This document shows, in pieces, positions 15,990 to 25,667 of a stretch of DNA of 64,000 nt (position 1 is its first letter; every line of letters starts with the position of its first letter). Under the pieces are notes generated by a model. The model saw nothing but the letters and a program-made list of their open reading frames with translations. It was not told where the DNA came from and searched no databases. Location of the stretch: positions 1-64,000 of the IMG/VR virus record IMGVR_UViG_3300006133_000005, one strand, 5' to 3'. The translations under genes were made by a program, and so were the position numbers. This DNA is from a virus. Lineage: Duplodnaviria > Caudoviricetes.

Positions 15990-16934
15990 TTATATTTTAT
16001 TATATTCCTTGTACTTCTGTAATGCTATATCTGCAACTCTTTTCATGTTAGGATGTGGACTTCCAGTTGTACCACGAGAACGAAGATTAAAGAAGTGTTG
16101 CCATTCTTCGTCATTTGCTGTCATGACAATCTGTGCTTTAGTATCTACTGGGAGAACACCTCTTGCAAGCTGTGGCTTAAGACCTTGTTTCGTGAGAAAT
16201 AAATAAGTCATTTCCGCAAATTCAAGTAGTTTTGTGTATGAGCATTTCTGAGCTTCATTCCATTCATCAAAAGTAGCTGGAGTGATAAACTCAATCTGAT
16301 TTTCAAACTTGTCTTTACTGTAGTTACAATACCTTGTACTCTCTTGTGAATAGCTTGCAGGTCTGTGTCTTACCATTTCATGAGTAACACCACGGTCTGT
16401 AATAAAGGATATTGTAGTGTAAAGGTGTTTACTAACCTCCTTTTTAGTAGGACTAAGGTCAAAAAATTCCTCTCTGGATAGAAGCTTAAATGACGGACAG
16501 TGTACCTCTTCGTCATACTCATTGCTGTCTTTATCAAGATTAAAATAACCCGAAAACTGAGGGTAAACTTTTTCAAGACATACCATTAAGCTAACAACTC
16601 CGCTTTCTTTAATAGCTCGGAGGTTTCCTGAGACTAAAATTCTGCTTGTATGCTTACCACCCTCACTTAAGAAATCGACCTGTGTGCAGTTAATATACTT
16701 TTTCTTAAAAACTGAGGAGGTAGCACAAGGAATATTAGTAATAGCCTCAAAGATAAAAGTTGCGTGTTCGAGAACAGAATGATGTCCACTTTTAACAAGT
16801 CCATTAAAGAACTTCTCAGCCGTTTCGGGTATAAGCTCACTATTAGACTTGTAACACACTCTTCCAATTTTCTCAATGTGTATAAAAGGGTCACTCATAG
16901 AAATGACCTCAGCACTTGAATGTGTAAACTTCAT
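15990..16934 (-). CDS. thyX: FAD-dependent thymidylate synthase
   Basis: GHHSVLEHA, RGVTHEMVRHR, SYSQESTRY, ARGVLP. Confidence 0.95.
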   Translation of the reverse strand: MKFTHSSAEVISMSDPFIHIEKIGRVCYKSNSELIPETAEKFFNGLVKSGHHSVLEHATFIFEAITNIPCATSSVFKKKYINCTQVDFLSEGGKHTSRILVSGNLRAIKESGVVSLMVCLEKVYPQFSGYFNLDKDSNEYDEEVHCPSFKLLSREEFFDLSPTKKEVSKHLYTTISFITDRGVTHEMVRHRPASYSQESTRYCNYSKDKFENQIEFITPATFDEWNEAQKCSYTKLLEFAEMTYLFLTKQGLKPQLARGVLPVDTKAQIVMTANDEEWQHFFNLRSRGTTGSPHPNMKRVADIALQKYKEYNKI

Positions 16935-16950
16935 TCTTTACCTCCATTTG

Positions 16951-17508
16951 TTACTTCCTTTCATTCTCGCTATCAAGGTTAATTAAAGAACCTGTAGCTC
17001 CTGTTTGACTCTGATACTTTCCACTGTAAGGAACTTTGCAGTCACTACTCATTTTACAGAATACAAGTTGTGCAACCCTTGTAAGGGGTTTTAGTAGTAT
17101 CGGGACTTCACTTGCATTAAACAGTTCAAGGGTAATCTGTCCCTCAAATCCCGGGTCAACCCAACCTGCATTCTGAACAAACAAACCCATTCGTCCTATT
17201 GAAGAGCGTCCCTCAACAAAGGCGGTGAAGTTGTTAGGAAGTTTTAAATACTCAACCGTAGTAGCTAAGATAAACTCATGAGGTTGTATAATGTACTCTC
17301 CTGAGAACTTTTCATACTCAACAGGCATATTAAAAGCGTTGTAGTTATCTGAATCCCCATAAAGTACACTTGTACTCGGTTTAAGAAATGTGTTTCCAAG
17401 TCTAACGTCTACACTTGCAGGTTGTATTCCGTTGTCAGAAACAGGGTAAACAAGGGGACTATCTTCAACCTCTATAAGAGCTTTTAACTCTTTGTCATTT
17501 AAAATCAT
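16951..17508 (-). CDS. dcd: dCTP deaminase
   Basis: QPASVDVRLG, GRSSIGRMG, AGWVDPGFEGQITLEL. Confidence 0.93.
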   Translation of the reverse strand: MILNDKELKALIEVEDSPLVYPVSDNGIQPASVDVRLGNTFLKPSTSVLYGDSDNYNAFNMPVEYEKFSGEYIIQPHEFILATTVEYLKLPNNFTAFVEGRSSIGRMGLFVQNAGWVDPGFEGQITLELFNASEVPILLKPLTRVAQLVFCKMSSDCKVPYSGKYQSQTGATGSLINLDSENERK

Positions 17509-17669
17509 TATTTCACCTCCTTTAATGGTTTTAATTTTTCAGACTGCTTTTGTCTTAAATAAATTCCAGCATTACCTAAAACACAATATGTGCATAAAGT
17601 ACCTGTTACTTCGCACATTGTTAAAGAGGGTTTGTTTCCCTCATTCACAATTTTTGCATATTCGCACAC
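17508..17669 (-). CDS. 53-aa Cys-containing protein, not in the ORF track
   Basis: GGAGGT RBS, GTG start, four Cys including CTYC; stop overlaps the dcd start. Confidence 0.6.
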   Translation of the reverse strand: MCEYAKIVNEGNKPSLTMCEVTGTLCTYCVLGNAGIYLRQKQSEKLKPLKEVK

Positions 17670-17682
17670 TATATTGACCTCC

Positions 17683-19110
17683 TTAATTTAGTATGATAAC
17701 TTTCTTTTTTGCTCTTGTAATTCCTACATACATGACTTTTCTTTCCTCGTCATTCTTTCGATAAAAAGGGACTACAACAGGGAAGTTTCCATACATGATA
17801 ACATTATCAACTTCAAGTCCCTTTGAGGTGTGTACAGTTAGAACCTTTACTCTATTAGAGTTCATCTCTCTATTAAGCTCTGCAAGAGTCATTCCCTCAC
17901 GTTTAAAAGAGGTGTAAGGAATATTAAGCTGTCGTAGCATATCAGCAACCTCATAAAGCTCTTTATTTGTACGGACAAGCAAGAACCACTCTTTGTATGA
18001 CGTTTCATTCTTAAGAGAGTTAAGTGTTTCACCTATACTTCTCTTAGAGCGAATATCATACTCACCTGAGTAAGTCATGATAGGATTTATGTCTTTATCA
18101 ATTCTGTTGTCCACCTGTCTTATCACACTATCAGCAAGTTTAACAATGTCAGTACCGTTTCTGTAGTTATTAGTTAGGTAATAAGTTTGAAAGCTTGAGT
18201 CATTAGCAAGGGACTTAAAGATATTTACATTTCCTCCTTTAAATCCATAAATACTCTGGTAATCGTCACCTACAAAGAAATAATTATCAGAATTAAGAGA
18301 CTTAATGAAGTTATATTCGAGTGTTCCTACATCTTGAAACTCGTCCACAAACACATATTCAATATGTGCATTGAGCTTTTCAAAGTACGCTTTAGCCTTT
18401 ATTAAAAGCTCGTCAAAGGTTATAATACCTCTTTTCTTGCATAATGTTTTGATGCTTTCACCAAAAGTGGCATGAGTTCCACTTTTAATGTCATCATATA
18501 CTACTTGACAAGGGAGATGTAACAGATTGAAGTCCGCTTCTTCAGAGGGTATTAAAAACCCTTGTAGTAATCTTTCATCTGCTCTACCCATGTCTATTTG
18601 AGACTGTAAGTTCTTATAATCAAGGTATCTATCAATGGTTAAGTGGTTACAGTACTTAGTAATAAGCTCCCTGTGTAACTGTATGTCAAGCTCATCATTA
18701 AACAGTGAGTACTTCTCTCCACTTTCTTTCATAATACGGTTTGCAAAGGAATGAATAGTACCTATAAAGCAGTCTCCTGCTTTTGGTACGTCACTTAACC
18801 TTAGCTTCATTTCTTCTGCCGCCATGTTAGTGAAAGTGATAGCAACAACGTTGTGCGGAGGTACATTTAATTCCTCAATTAAGTACCTAACACGCTCTGT
18901 AAGAGTTCTTGTTTTACCTGACCCTGCTCCTGCTATAACAAGAATGTTGTTTGCTGTACTGTGCACAATAGCTTCCTGCTGACTATCAAGAGTGATTTTC
19001 TGAGGAACAGGAATTTCACTAAGTTCCTCAACTGTACTTCCTCTTTCCTGACTTTTGAACATAGTCTTACCTGAGGGTTTATTATTGAACCCTCTTGAAA
19101 ATAAACTCAT
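17683..19110 (-). CDS. SF1 UvrD/PcrA-like helicase
   Basis: AGAGSGKT, ITFTNMAA, VDEFQD, VGDDYQSIYGF, NYRN, TVHTSKGLE, YVGITRA. Confidence 0.95.
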   Translation of the reverse strand: MSLFSRGFNNKPSGKTMFKSQERGSTVEELSEIPVPQKITLDSQQEAIVHSTANNILVIAGAGSGKTRTLTERVRYLIEELNVPPHNVVAITFTNMAAEEMKLRLSDVPKAGDCFIGTIHSFANRIMKESGEKYSLFNDELDIQLHRELITKYCNHLTIDRYLDYKNLQSQIDMGRADERLLQGFLIPSEEADFNLLHLPCQVVYDDIKSGTHATFGESIKTLCKKRGIITFDELLIKAKAYFEKLNAHIEYVFVDEFQDVGTLEYNFIKSLNSDNYFFVGDDYQSIYGFKGGNVNIFKSLANDSSFQTYYLTNNYRNGTDIVKLADSVIRQVDNRIDKDINPIMTYSGEYDIRSKRSIGETLNSLKNETSYKEWFLLVRTNKELYEVADMLRQLNIPYTSFKREGMTLAELNREMNSNRVKVLTVHTSKGLEVDNVIMYGNFPVVVPFYRKNDEERKVMYVGITRAKKKVIILN

Positions 19111-19158
19111 AGTTGTTACTCCTTTATTACAGCTTTATAGTGAAATTATTTTCACTCA

Positions 19159-19698
19159 TTAGTTTTTACCTACATTGTAATTTCTGTTTTCATCATCAAA
19201 ATCAGACGTTCTTCTTGATACTTCCCTGCTCAAAAGGAATATAGCATCTTCAATATTGGCTATGTTGTAAGTCAACAAGTCTCTTTTCTTACACCAGTCA
19301 ACGTATTCATAATAATGAGGTTTCACATCTGGCTCTGAATTTATAAGACGTTCCTTGGCAGTCTCAGAAAGCTTACTGCTGGATAGAGCTTTATATACCT
19401 TTTCACTTGAAACAACATAATTCCGCTTGGCATTTTCAAGTTCTATATCAACCCTACCTAATAGTGTTCTAAGATAAAGCTTCTGCTGTGTAAAAGCATT
19501 AAGAAACTCGCCCAATTCTCTTGAAGTAACCCCTGTAATCTGTGCAGGAAGCATTAAAAAATCTTCATTTATATTTAAATTCTTTCCTGCTTCAAAGAAT
19601 ACTACACCCCGAGTTTCAAGGTTATCTTCAAGGTTGTTTAAGTATGTCTTGTGTAATTCTCTTGGGTTCATTTTCTTTCCACTCTTAATCTGTTTCAT
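19159..19698 (-). CDS. Helical protein, possibly a UvsY-like recombination mediator
   Basis: Coiled-coil character and position in the recombination cluster; function is inferred only. Confidence 0.35.
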   Translation of the reverse strand: MKQIKSGKKMNPRELHKTYLNNLEDNLETRGVVFFEAGKNLNINEDFLMLPAQITGVTSRELGEFLNAFTQQKLYLRTLLGRVDIELENAKRNYVVSSEKVYKALSSSKLSETAKERLINSEPDVKPHYYEYVDWCKKRDLLTYNIANIEDAIFLLSREVSRRTSDFDDENRNYNVGKN

Positions 19699-19715
19699 TT
19701 AATCACCTCACTGTG

Positions 19716-20615
19716 TTAGTTCCAACACTCAGTCTTGTAAGAACACCAACGGCACATATTGTCATTTTTAGTGCTACCCTGTCTCGGAGGAATAGTACCA
19801 TTCTCTATTGAGGAGTTCAGCTCCTTAAACTCATTTAAAATCTCTTCCATAAGTATAATGGAGTTAGATTCTGTAGAGGTAACACAGTACTCTTTTAAGT
19901 CCTGGGTGTCTTTATTTTCATAGAGGAATACTACCTTTGTTATAGGTTTCTCACAATTAAACAGAAGTGTGTCCCTCTGCTTACAAAGCTGTACTTGAAG
20001 TCTTATTTTATCTTTCTTTGAGTATTTATTTCCGCTTTTGAGATAACTGTACAACTTGTGATAGGTCATAGACCTTGAAGTACTTGACTTTTCAAACTCC
20101 TCAGCATTATTGTATTTTTCCCTTAAGTACTTTCTGTACTCCTCTAAACAATAGATGTATACAAGTCCTTGTTTTTTATGCTCAGGCTTTTCAGACTTAA
20201 GCTCGGAAAATCCCCTCGAATTGATAGACTTTATTTCAAGAACACCTAATTCGCTATTTTTAAGGTCAAGAATACCGTCTGTATGTCCTTGGATATTAAA
20301 CTCTGCATTGTACAGAGGTACTTCGTCCATAAGTAACATTCCCATAGTCTTAAGGTAGTTTTGAAGTCTCTCATGAACTCCTGTACCGTTATCGAATATT
20401 CTTCTTGTTCTTGCATCAATAGAATATGGGTCACAGGGAGTATTTGTCCGTGTGTAGTATCTTGACCTTAAGCACTGACCTACTGCTGACGGAGCATTAA
20501 CATTTATTGCTCTGTCTCCGTCTTTAGCACTAAGACTTAAAAGGTACATTTCAAGAGGTTTTACTACATACCCCTCTTTTTTCATTGACGAAAATATCTT
20601 ATTTAGACTCATCAT
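19716..20615 (-). CDS. Cas4-like PD-(D/E)XK exonuclease (not CRISPR-linked)
   Basis: PSAVGQCLR, GTGVH, GHTDG, EIKS, C-terminal CRWC-x5-C. Confidence 0.85.
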   Translation of the reverse strand: MMSLNKIFSSMKKEGYVVKPLEMYLLSLSAKDGDRAINVNAPSAVGQCLRSRYYTRTNTPCDPYSIDARTRRIFDNGTGVHERLQNYLKTMGMLLMDEVPLYNAEFNIQGHTDGILDLKNSELGVLEIKSINSRGFSELKSEKPEHKKQGLVYIYCLEEYRKYLREKYNNAEEFEKSSTSRSMTYHKLYSYLKSGNKYSKKDKIRLQVQLCKQRDTLLFNCEKPITKVVFLYENKDTQDLKEYCVTSTESNSIILMEEILNEFKELNSSIENGTIPPRQGSTKNDNMCRWCSYKTECWN

Positions 20616-20651
20616 CTTTTCCTTTCATGTTTAGTATTATCTTCTGAATAT

Positions 20652-20680
20652 ATTATAATGTGTTCCATAAATAAAGTAAA
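20652..20680 (-). promoter_or_regulatory. Sigma-A promoter
   Basis: TTTACT-17bp-TATAAT. Confidence 0.7.
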
Positions 20681-20685
20681 ACGAC

Positions 20686-21141
20686 CTAATTGTAAGTCCT
20701 AAATACTTCATCAAGAAAGGTGTCCCAATCTATTACAGATAAGTCATAACACTTGTCACCCTTGCTTATGAGGTGTCTCTGTTCGTGTTGAACCCTAAAT
20801 GATAAAGACTTATTATGCAGTTCAGCTAATTCGATAGTAAGCTCTTTAGGAATATCCTTAGAACACATAACTGCAAATCTCTTTCCGCCATTTTCAAGGT
20901 CAATACACATGACAGGAATACGTAAACCGTCTTTTATAGCTTCTCTGTATATCTTGTCCCATGTATTAAAAGTCAGAGAGTAAAATTTATCACCTGTGGT
21001 CTTACACTCGACTAAGAATGCATCATTTCTTACATCACCTTTTGCTCCCCATAAAGCTCCGCTTGCAGGAGTAACTCTACCTGACAATTCTTTTGCTACT
21101 TTATCCTCCTGTTTTTTTGAACTTCTTTTTCTTATGTCCAT
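20686..21141 (-). CDS. Second PD-(D/E)XK resolvase-like nuclease
   Basis: QE..VAK, SGA, KGDV, VECK. Confidence 0.7.
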   Translation of the reverse strand: MDIRKRSSKKQEDKVAKELSGRVTPASGALWGAKGDVRNDAFLVECKTTGDKFYSLTFNTWDKIYREAIKDGLRIPVMCIDLENGGKRFAVMCSKDIPKELTIELAELHNKSLSFRVQHEQRHLISKGDKCYDLSVIDWDTFLDEVFRTYN

Positions 21142-21397
21142 TCAAACTCACTCCTTTTTTAAAGGTAGTTGCACCACTTCTCTTGTTTAACTTCCACCTA
21201 TTGCAATAAATGTTAGTAGCTGTAACTACCATGTCATACTTAAGAACATTGGGATTCTGGCATACTTCCTCTTTGTCACCAAAATCTTGATAAAAGTACT
21301 CGCAGTTATAACAAGACATAGTGTACTTAGACCCTTTAGAAAGCTTTTCTCTAACAGGGTCATAACCTCTGGTAAATTTCATTTCTTGTCTCACCAC
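21101..21397 (-). CDS. Small Cys-rich hypothetical protein
   Basis: CYNC ... C ... C; start uncertain (21382 possible). Confidence 0.6.
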   Translation of the reverse strand: MVRQEMKFTRGYDPVREKLSKGSKYTMSCYNCEYFYQDFGDKEEVCQNPNVLKYDMVVTATNIYCNRWKLNKRSGATTFKKGVSLNGHKKKKFKKTGG

Positions 21398-21407
21398 TCA
21401 TTACTTA

Positions 21408-22499
21408 TCACTTAACCTTTGTTGCAAGGTCAATGACTTGCTTTTTAATTTCTTCTACCATTTCATGCTTGTCTTTAAAGTCTAAGATAAGAGCATCAAG
21501 TCCCTGATACTTACTGTCTTTATAATAGAACCAAGCGCCACGTCTTTCAATAACTCCCCATTCTACTGCAAGCACGACTATTTCCTTGAAATTATCATTA
21601 TAGAGTCTTCTAACACCTGCATTATTATCCGTAAAATAAAAATCAAATTCACCACTCTGCATACGCTTATAGGTCTTATTCTTCTCTATCTTAAACTTAA
21701 CTACCTGACCTACTACTGCTTTATTATCTCCCTTTCCCTCTGTTATCCAGTCACCACGTCTAAAACGGAGGTTCACAGAGCTAAAGAACTTCTTTGCATT
21801 TCCTCCGGGAGTGTACTCAGGGTCACCGTATGCACCAATCTTCTCTCTAAGCTGATTGATACCAATGAGAGTAAATGGCGTTTTACCCTCTCTTTCAAGT
21901 CGGTTGTTATTAGCTTGCCACTTTCTTAAGAACTCACCAAGTAACTGCTGTGGTATACCCATACGAACTGTCTCGTCCATTTTACTTTCAGCTTCTTTAT
22001 TAGGGGTCATTGATGCAATACTGTCAATTACACCAAAAGTAACTTCTCCGCTACGCTGTAGCTGTAACATTGCTTCTGTGGCTTCTTCCATACTGTCAGG
22101 TCGGGAATAAATAAGGCAATCTACGTCCACACCAATCTGCTTAAAATACTCCATATCTGATGTTCCCTCAACATCAAAAAATGCTACCACATAACCAAGC
22201 TTTTGTGCTTCCCTGATAATGTGACAAGTCTGTGTTGTCTTTGTGGAACTCTCATTACCTGAGATTTCAATAAAACGCCCCTCTGGAATACCGCCTCCAA
22301 GAGCAATATCAAGAGTAGTGCTTCCTGTTGGTATTCTCTTAATAGTCATTTGCTCTTCTGACACACCAACTCTTACAGTGTTATCACCGAACTTTTTGTT
22401 AAGGTCATTTATAACTTTTAATACTTCTGGTGATAGCTGTTTCTTTTTGGCTTTCTCAACCGCTGTAGCAGTAGACTTCTTATTAGCAATCTTCGGCAT
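21408..22499 (-). CDS. recA: RecA-family recombinase
   Basis: LDIALGGGIPEGRFIEISGNESSTKTT, VIDSIA, INQLREKIG, TPGGNAKKFFSSV. Confidence 0.95.
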   Translation of the reverse strand: MPKIANKKSTATAVEKAKKKQLSPEVLKVINDLNKKFGDNTVRVGVSEEQMTIKRIPTGSTTLDIALGGGIPEGRFIEISGNESSTKTTQTCHIIREAQKLGYVVAFFDVEGTSDMEYFKQIGVDVDCLIYSRPDSMEEATEAMLQLQRSGEVTFGVIDSIASMTPNKEAESKMDETVRMGIPQQLLGEFLRKWQANNNRLEREGKTPFTLIGINQLREKIGAYGDPEYTPGGNAKKFFSSVNLRFRRGDWITEGKGDNKAVVGQVVKFKIEKNKTYKRMQSGEFDFYFTDNNAGVRRLYNDNFKEIVVLAVEWGVIERRGAWFYYKDSKYQGLDALILDFKDKHEMVEEIKKQVIDLATKVK

Positions 22500-22677
22500 T
22501 TTCTTTTTCCTCCATAATCATATCCCTTACTTCAAAGTCACCGTCATTTTCAAGCTGATTAATAATAGCTCTGGTGTAAAATTCAGTAAGATTTTCTCCT
22601 CTGCTCTTTGCATGGGATTGAACTCTATCCATAAGGCTTGGGTCAGCCATTATGGTTATTGTAGTTTTTGCGAACAT
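22483..22677 (-). CDS. Ribbon-helix-helix DNA-binding protein
   Basis: KTTITIMADPSLMDRVQSHAKSRGENLTEFYTRAI; first gene after a promoter. Confidence 0.65.
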   Translation of the reverse strand: MFAKTTITIMADPSLMDRVQSHAKSRGENLTEFYTRAIINQLENDGDFEVRDMIMEEKENAEDC

Positions 22678-22726
22678 ATTTACCTCCAATTTTCATAATT
22701 CATAAACATTAAGAGTTTGTATGTTT

Positions 22727-22755
22727 ATTATATCACATTGATTTTAAGGTGTCAA
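22727..22755 (-). promoter_or_regulatory. Consensus sigma-A promoter
   Basis: TTGACA-17bp-TATAAT with TG extension. Confidence 0.9.
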
Positions 22756-22761
22756 ATCCAT

Positions 22762-22793
22762 AAATAAAGACCCAAATTATCAGGTCTTTATTT
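22762..22793 (-). terminator. Intrinsic terminator
   Basis: aaataaagacc / ggtctttattt inverted repeat. Confidence 0.6.
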
Positions 22794-23216
22794 TTAGTCC
22801 ATGTTTTTAAAGTCTTTAACTGTAGGTGCAGTCATTACAGCGGTATCAAATCCGGACAATCCAAGTACTTTAAACACATCATTGAAAACTACTTCTGCAT
22901 TGTCTATAAATAACTTATATCTTTTGTTACTTAAATTACTTTTGTTATTTACCAACTCCATGATTGTGCAAATAGTAAAATCAGGATAGACACCGTACTT
23001 TTTATAGTATTCTTCCTTTAAGGTTAAAACTGTATGTTTATCTGGGACAAGTACTAAAGGTTGGTCCGGAGATTGTGTGCATACCTTAACTGCATCATGC
23101 GAACATGAAATCTGTTTTTTTTTATAGTACTGGTACTTCTCCCACTGTTCAATTGCTTTTTTGAGTACATAAGAGCTTTTACCACTCTGTCTCGGTGCAT
23201 TATAAATCATACCCAT
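22794..23216 (-). CDS. Hypothetical protein with an N-terminal P-loop-like motif
   Basis: APRQSGKS. Confidence 0.55.
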   Translation of the reverse strand: MGMIYNAPRQSGKSSYVLKKAIEQWEKYQYYKKKQISCSHDAVKVCTQSPDQPLVLVPDKHTVLTLKEEYYKKYGVYPDFTICTIMELVNNKSNLSNKRYKLFIDNAEVVFNDVFKVLGLSGFDTAVMTAPTVKDFKNMD

Positions 23217-23354
23217 TACAATTCGTCCTCCAAATCAAATAAATCTTTTAACTCTTTAGCCAATCATGTGATATGTTTTCCCATTCTTCTTCATGGGTTC
23301 CAAAGAATTTCTATCTATATCATAAAAGGTCTTAAGACTCGCAATTACATCACC

Positions 23355-25487
23355 TCACTTAGCTTCTTGATAGCTCCAACCACTATCAAAATCAGCTTTC
23401 ATTGCAAGGTTTAACTCAACTTTTTCCCCAAATGGGTGTTCCATGTAAGCTTTAGTTCTTGTTATACACTCATCAACATACTGTTCGGGACATTCAAACA
23501 CCAGTTCATCATGTACTTGTACAACCATAAGAACTCCGTGTTCTTCATACCAAGGGTCATTGTCTACAAGATTCTGTGCTGAACCTGTAATATCTGCGGC
23601 ACTTCCTTGCACAGATGCGTTTACAGCAAGTCTTTCACAATAAGCAACCTGTTTAAAGTCTCTGCTCCTTATATCAGGAAGTCTTCTCTTACGTCTTAAA
23701 AGTGTGAAAACACACCCATACTTGTGCGCAAATCTTTTCTGCTGTTTAATGAAGTCTGATACCCCAGAATATGTGTTAAAGTATTTGTCAATATAAATCT
23801 GCGCTACTTCTTCACCAGACTTAACACCGTAAGCTTCTGTATACGACTTATCTCCTAAATCAATAGGATTCCATAGGTCGTCTTTTAGGTTATTATACAG
23901 AGTAAACGCTCCTCCCCCATACATAAGCAAGAAGTTAATAACTTTAGCCGCTTGTCTAAGATGTGGGTACTTTTTCTTGACCTCTTCTGGTGTACAATCA
24001 AGCTCAAACATATTGACTGCGGTAGAACCGTGAGTATCACTGTCATTTGCAAACATTTCAAGGAGGTTTTTATCCTCAGAGAAATGAGCTAAGACTCTCA
24101 TTTCAAGGTTAGAAAAGTCACCTGCAACTATCTTTTTTCTCTTAACAGTACAGTACTCAAAATCCTGTGGTGTAGCATCTTTAAGCTCACATACATAATT
24201 TCCGTCTTCATCTTCGAGATACTCACTACCAATAAACAAACTTCTTATTTGGTATTTGTCTTCTTCATCTGCTTTAGGTAACTGCTGTAAGTTAGGGTTA
24301 CTGCATGAAATACGTCCACTGTCAGCACCTATAATATTAAAGTTGGGGTGTGCTTTACCGTCTTCATAAATTTGTTCAAGCATACCGTCAATAAAGGCGC
24401 TTTTCAACTTTGCAAGTTTTTTATACTCTAACAGTTTTTTGCAGAACTCAACACCTTGTTTCTTACGCTTATTTTTATATTCCATTTTAGACAGCTTGTA
24501 CAGCGTGTTAGCATTAGTCTGAGGAGCACCACTTGCTGTTTTACTTATAGGTCTTAATCCGAAAGTATTTTCAATTAAAGGGGAGGTATAGTCTGGGTCT
24601 TTGCTTAATTTCTTTTCGGGTACATAAGCAAATAAAAGCTCGCCTAACTGTTGACTGCTTCCTGCATTAAATTCAACCCCTGCTAAGTCTTGCATTTCAT
24701 ACATAAGTATTTCAGTATCTTCCTCTATCTCTGTCTTCATTTCATTAAGTCTTTCGGTATCAACAGTAACCCCTCTTTCCTCCATTCTGAAAAGAGTGCG
24801 TAAGAATTTAACATGGTATCTCTTAAAGATTTTTTCCATTCCCTCTTCTTCAAGTCTATCTAACCAGTATATATAATTAATCCAAGTAAAGAAAGCATCA
24901 TCAAGAGCATAAGGACTTCCGTCGTCAATTAAAACGAGGTCAAAAGTTACTTTTTGATTAGCTTTATAACCAAACTCTTTTTTTACTTCATTAGGTACAT
25001 CATTAGTTACCTCTTTAAAGTGAGTTTGGTCTATGCTCCATATCTCTTGTGTGTTCTCTTTAAGACCGTTAGGGGTATTTTCATCACACAGCCAACTTGC
25101 AACCATTGTGTCAAACAGGTCTTTAGTCTTTATGACTATTCCAAGTCTTGCCATGACGTGCATATCGAACTTAAGATTGTGTCCTATAATTCGTATGTCT
25201 TCACGTTCAAATATCTTTTTAAGATATTTTCTGAGTATGTCTTCTGGGATATTTCTGTAATAGTCCTCATGTCTTCTGTGGTGCAGTGGAATATAGTAGT
25301 TGTTATACTCTCCCCATGATATTGAAATACCTACACATAAAAAGCTTTCGTTATCTCCTACAACTCTCAGAGTATTAGTTTCGGTATCGAATGCAAATTC
25401 TTGAATATCCTGCATCTTCTTTGCAAGTCTTTTAAGTTTTTTTACATTGTCTACCACTATGGACTTTTTTCTAAAAGGTACACTCAA
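23355..25487 (-). CDS. polA: Family A DNA polymerase (3'-5' exonuclease plus polymerase)
   Basis: AFDTET, GHNLKFD, SGRISCSNPNLQQLP, DFSNLEMRVLA, AKVINF..YG, QGSAADI, QVHDEL; TTG start at 25487 fits the RBS and promoter. Confidence 0.97.
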   Translation of the reverse strand: MSVPFRKKSIVVDNVKKLKRLAKKMQDIQEFAFDTETNTLRVVGDNESFLCVGISISWGEYNNYYIPLHHRRHEDYYRNIPEDILRKYLKKIFEREDIRIIGHNLKFDMHVMARLGIVIKTKDLFDTMVASWLCDENTPNGLKENTQEIWSIDQTHFKEVTNDVPNEVKKEFGYKANQKVTFDLVLIDDGSPYALDDAFFTWINYIYWLDRLEEEGMEKIFKRYHVKFLRTLFRMEERGVTVDTERLNEMKTEIEEDTEILMYEMQDLAGVEFNAGSSQQLGELLFAYVPEKKLSKDPDYTSPLIENTFGLRPISKTASGAPQTNANTLYKLSKMEYKNKRKKQGVEFCKKLLEYKKLAKLKSAFIDGMLEQIYEDGKAHPNFNIIGADSGRISCSNPNLQQLPKADEEDKYQIRSLFIGSEYLEDEDGNYVCELKDATPQDFEYCTVKRKKIVAGDFSNLEMRVLAHFSEDKNLLEMFANDSDTHGSTAVNMFELDCTPEEVKKKYPHLRQAAKVINFLLMYGGGAFTLYNNLKDDLWNPIDLGDKSYTEAYGVKSGEEVAQIYIDKYFNTYSGVSDFIKQQKRFAHKYGCVFTLLRRKRRLPDIRSRDFKQVAYCERLAVNASVQGSAADITGSAQNLVDNDPWYEEHGVLMVVQVHDELVFECPEQYVDECITRTKAYMEHPFGEKVELNLAMKADFDSGWSYQEAK

Positions 25488-25541
25488 AGTTACCAACTCC
25501 TTTAGTTTTATATTATGTAAAATAAAGCGTGTTACAAATAT

Positions 25542-25570
25542 ATTATAACACGCTTTCATATTTCAGTCAA
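25542..25570 (-). promoter_or_regulatory. Sigma-A promoter for the polymerase
   Basis: TTGACT-17bp-TATAAT with TG extension. Confidence 0.85.
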
Positions 25571-25667
25571 AACCCTGATTTAGTTGAGCTTTCCTGTTCT
25601 GATTAACATTGTATAGCTGTCTTCATTTTAATTAAACTGTAAATCGTTGTCGAGGTTTACAATATCA

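Noticed and set aside
19716-20615. CRISPR-Cas locus based on the Cas4-like gene
   Set aside because: No cas1/cas2 or array; solo Cas4-like nucleases are common in phage recombination clusters.
3721-25559. Inteins or group I introns in nrdD, recA or polA
   Set aside because: The ORFs are continuous, of normal length, and show no intein or homing-endonuclease motifs.
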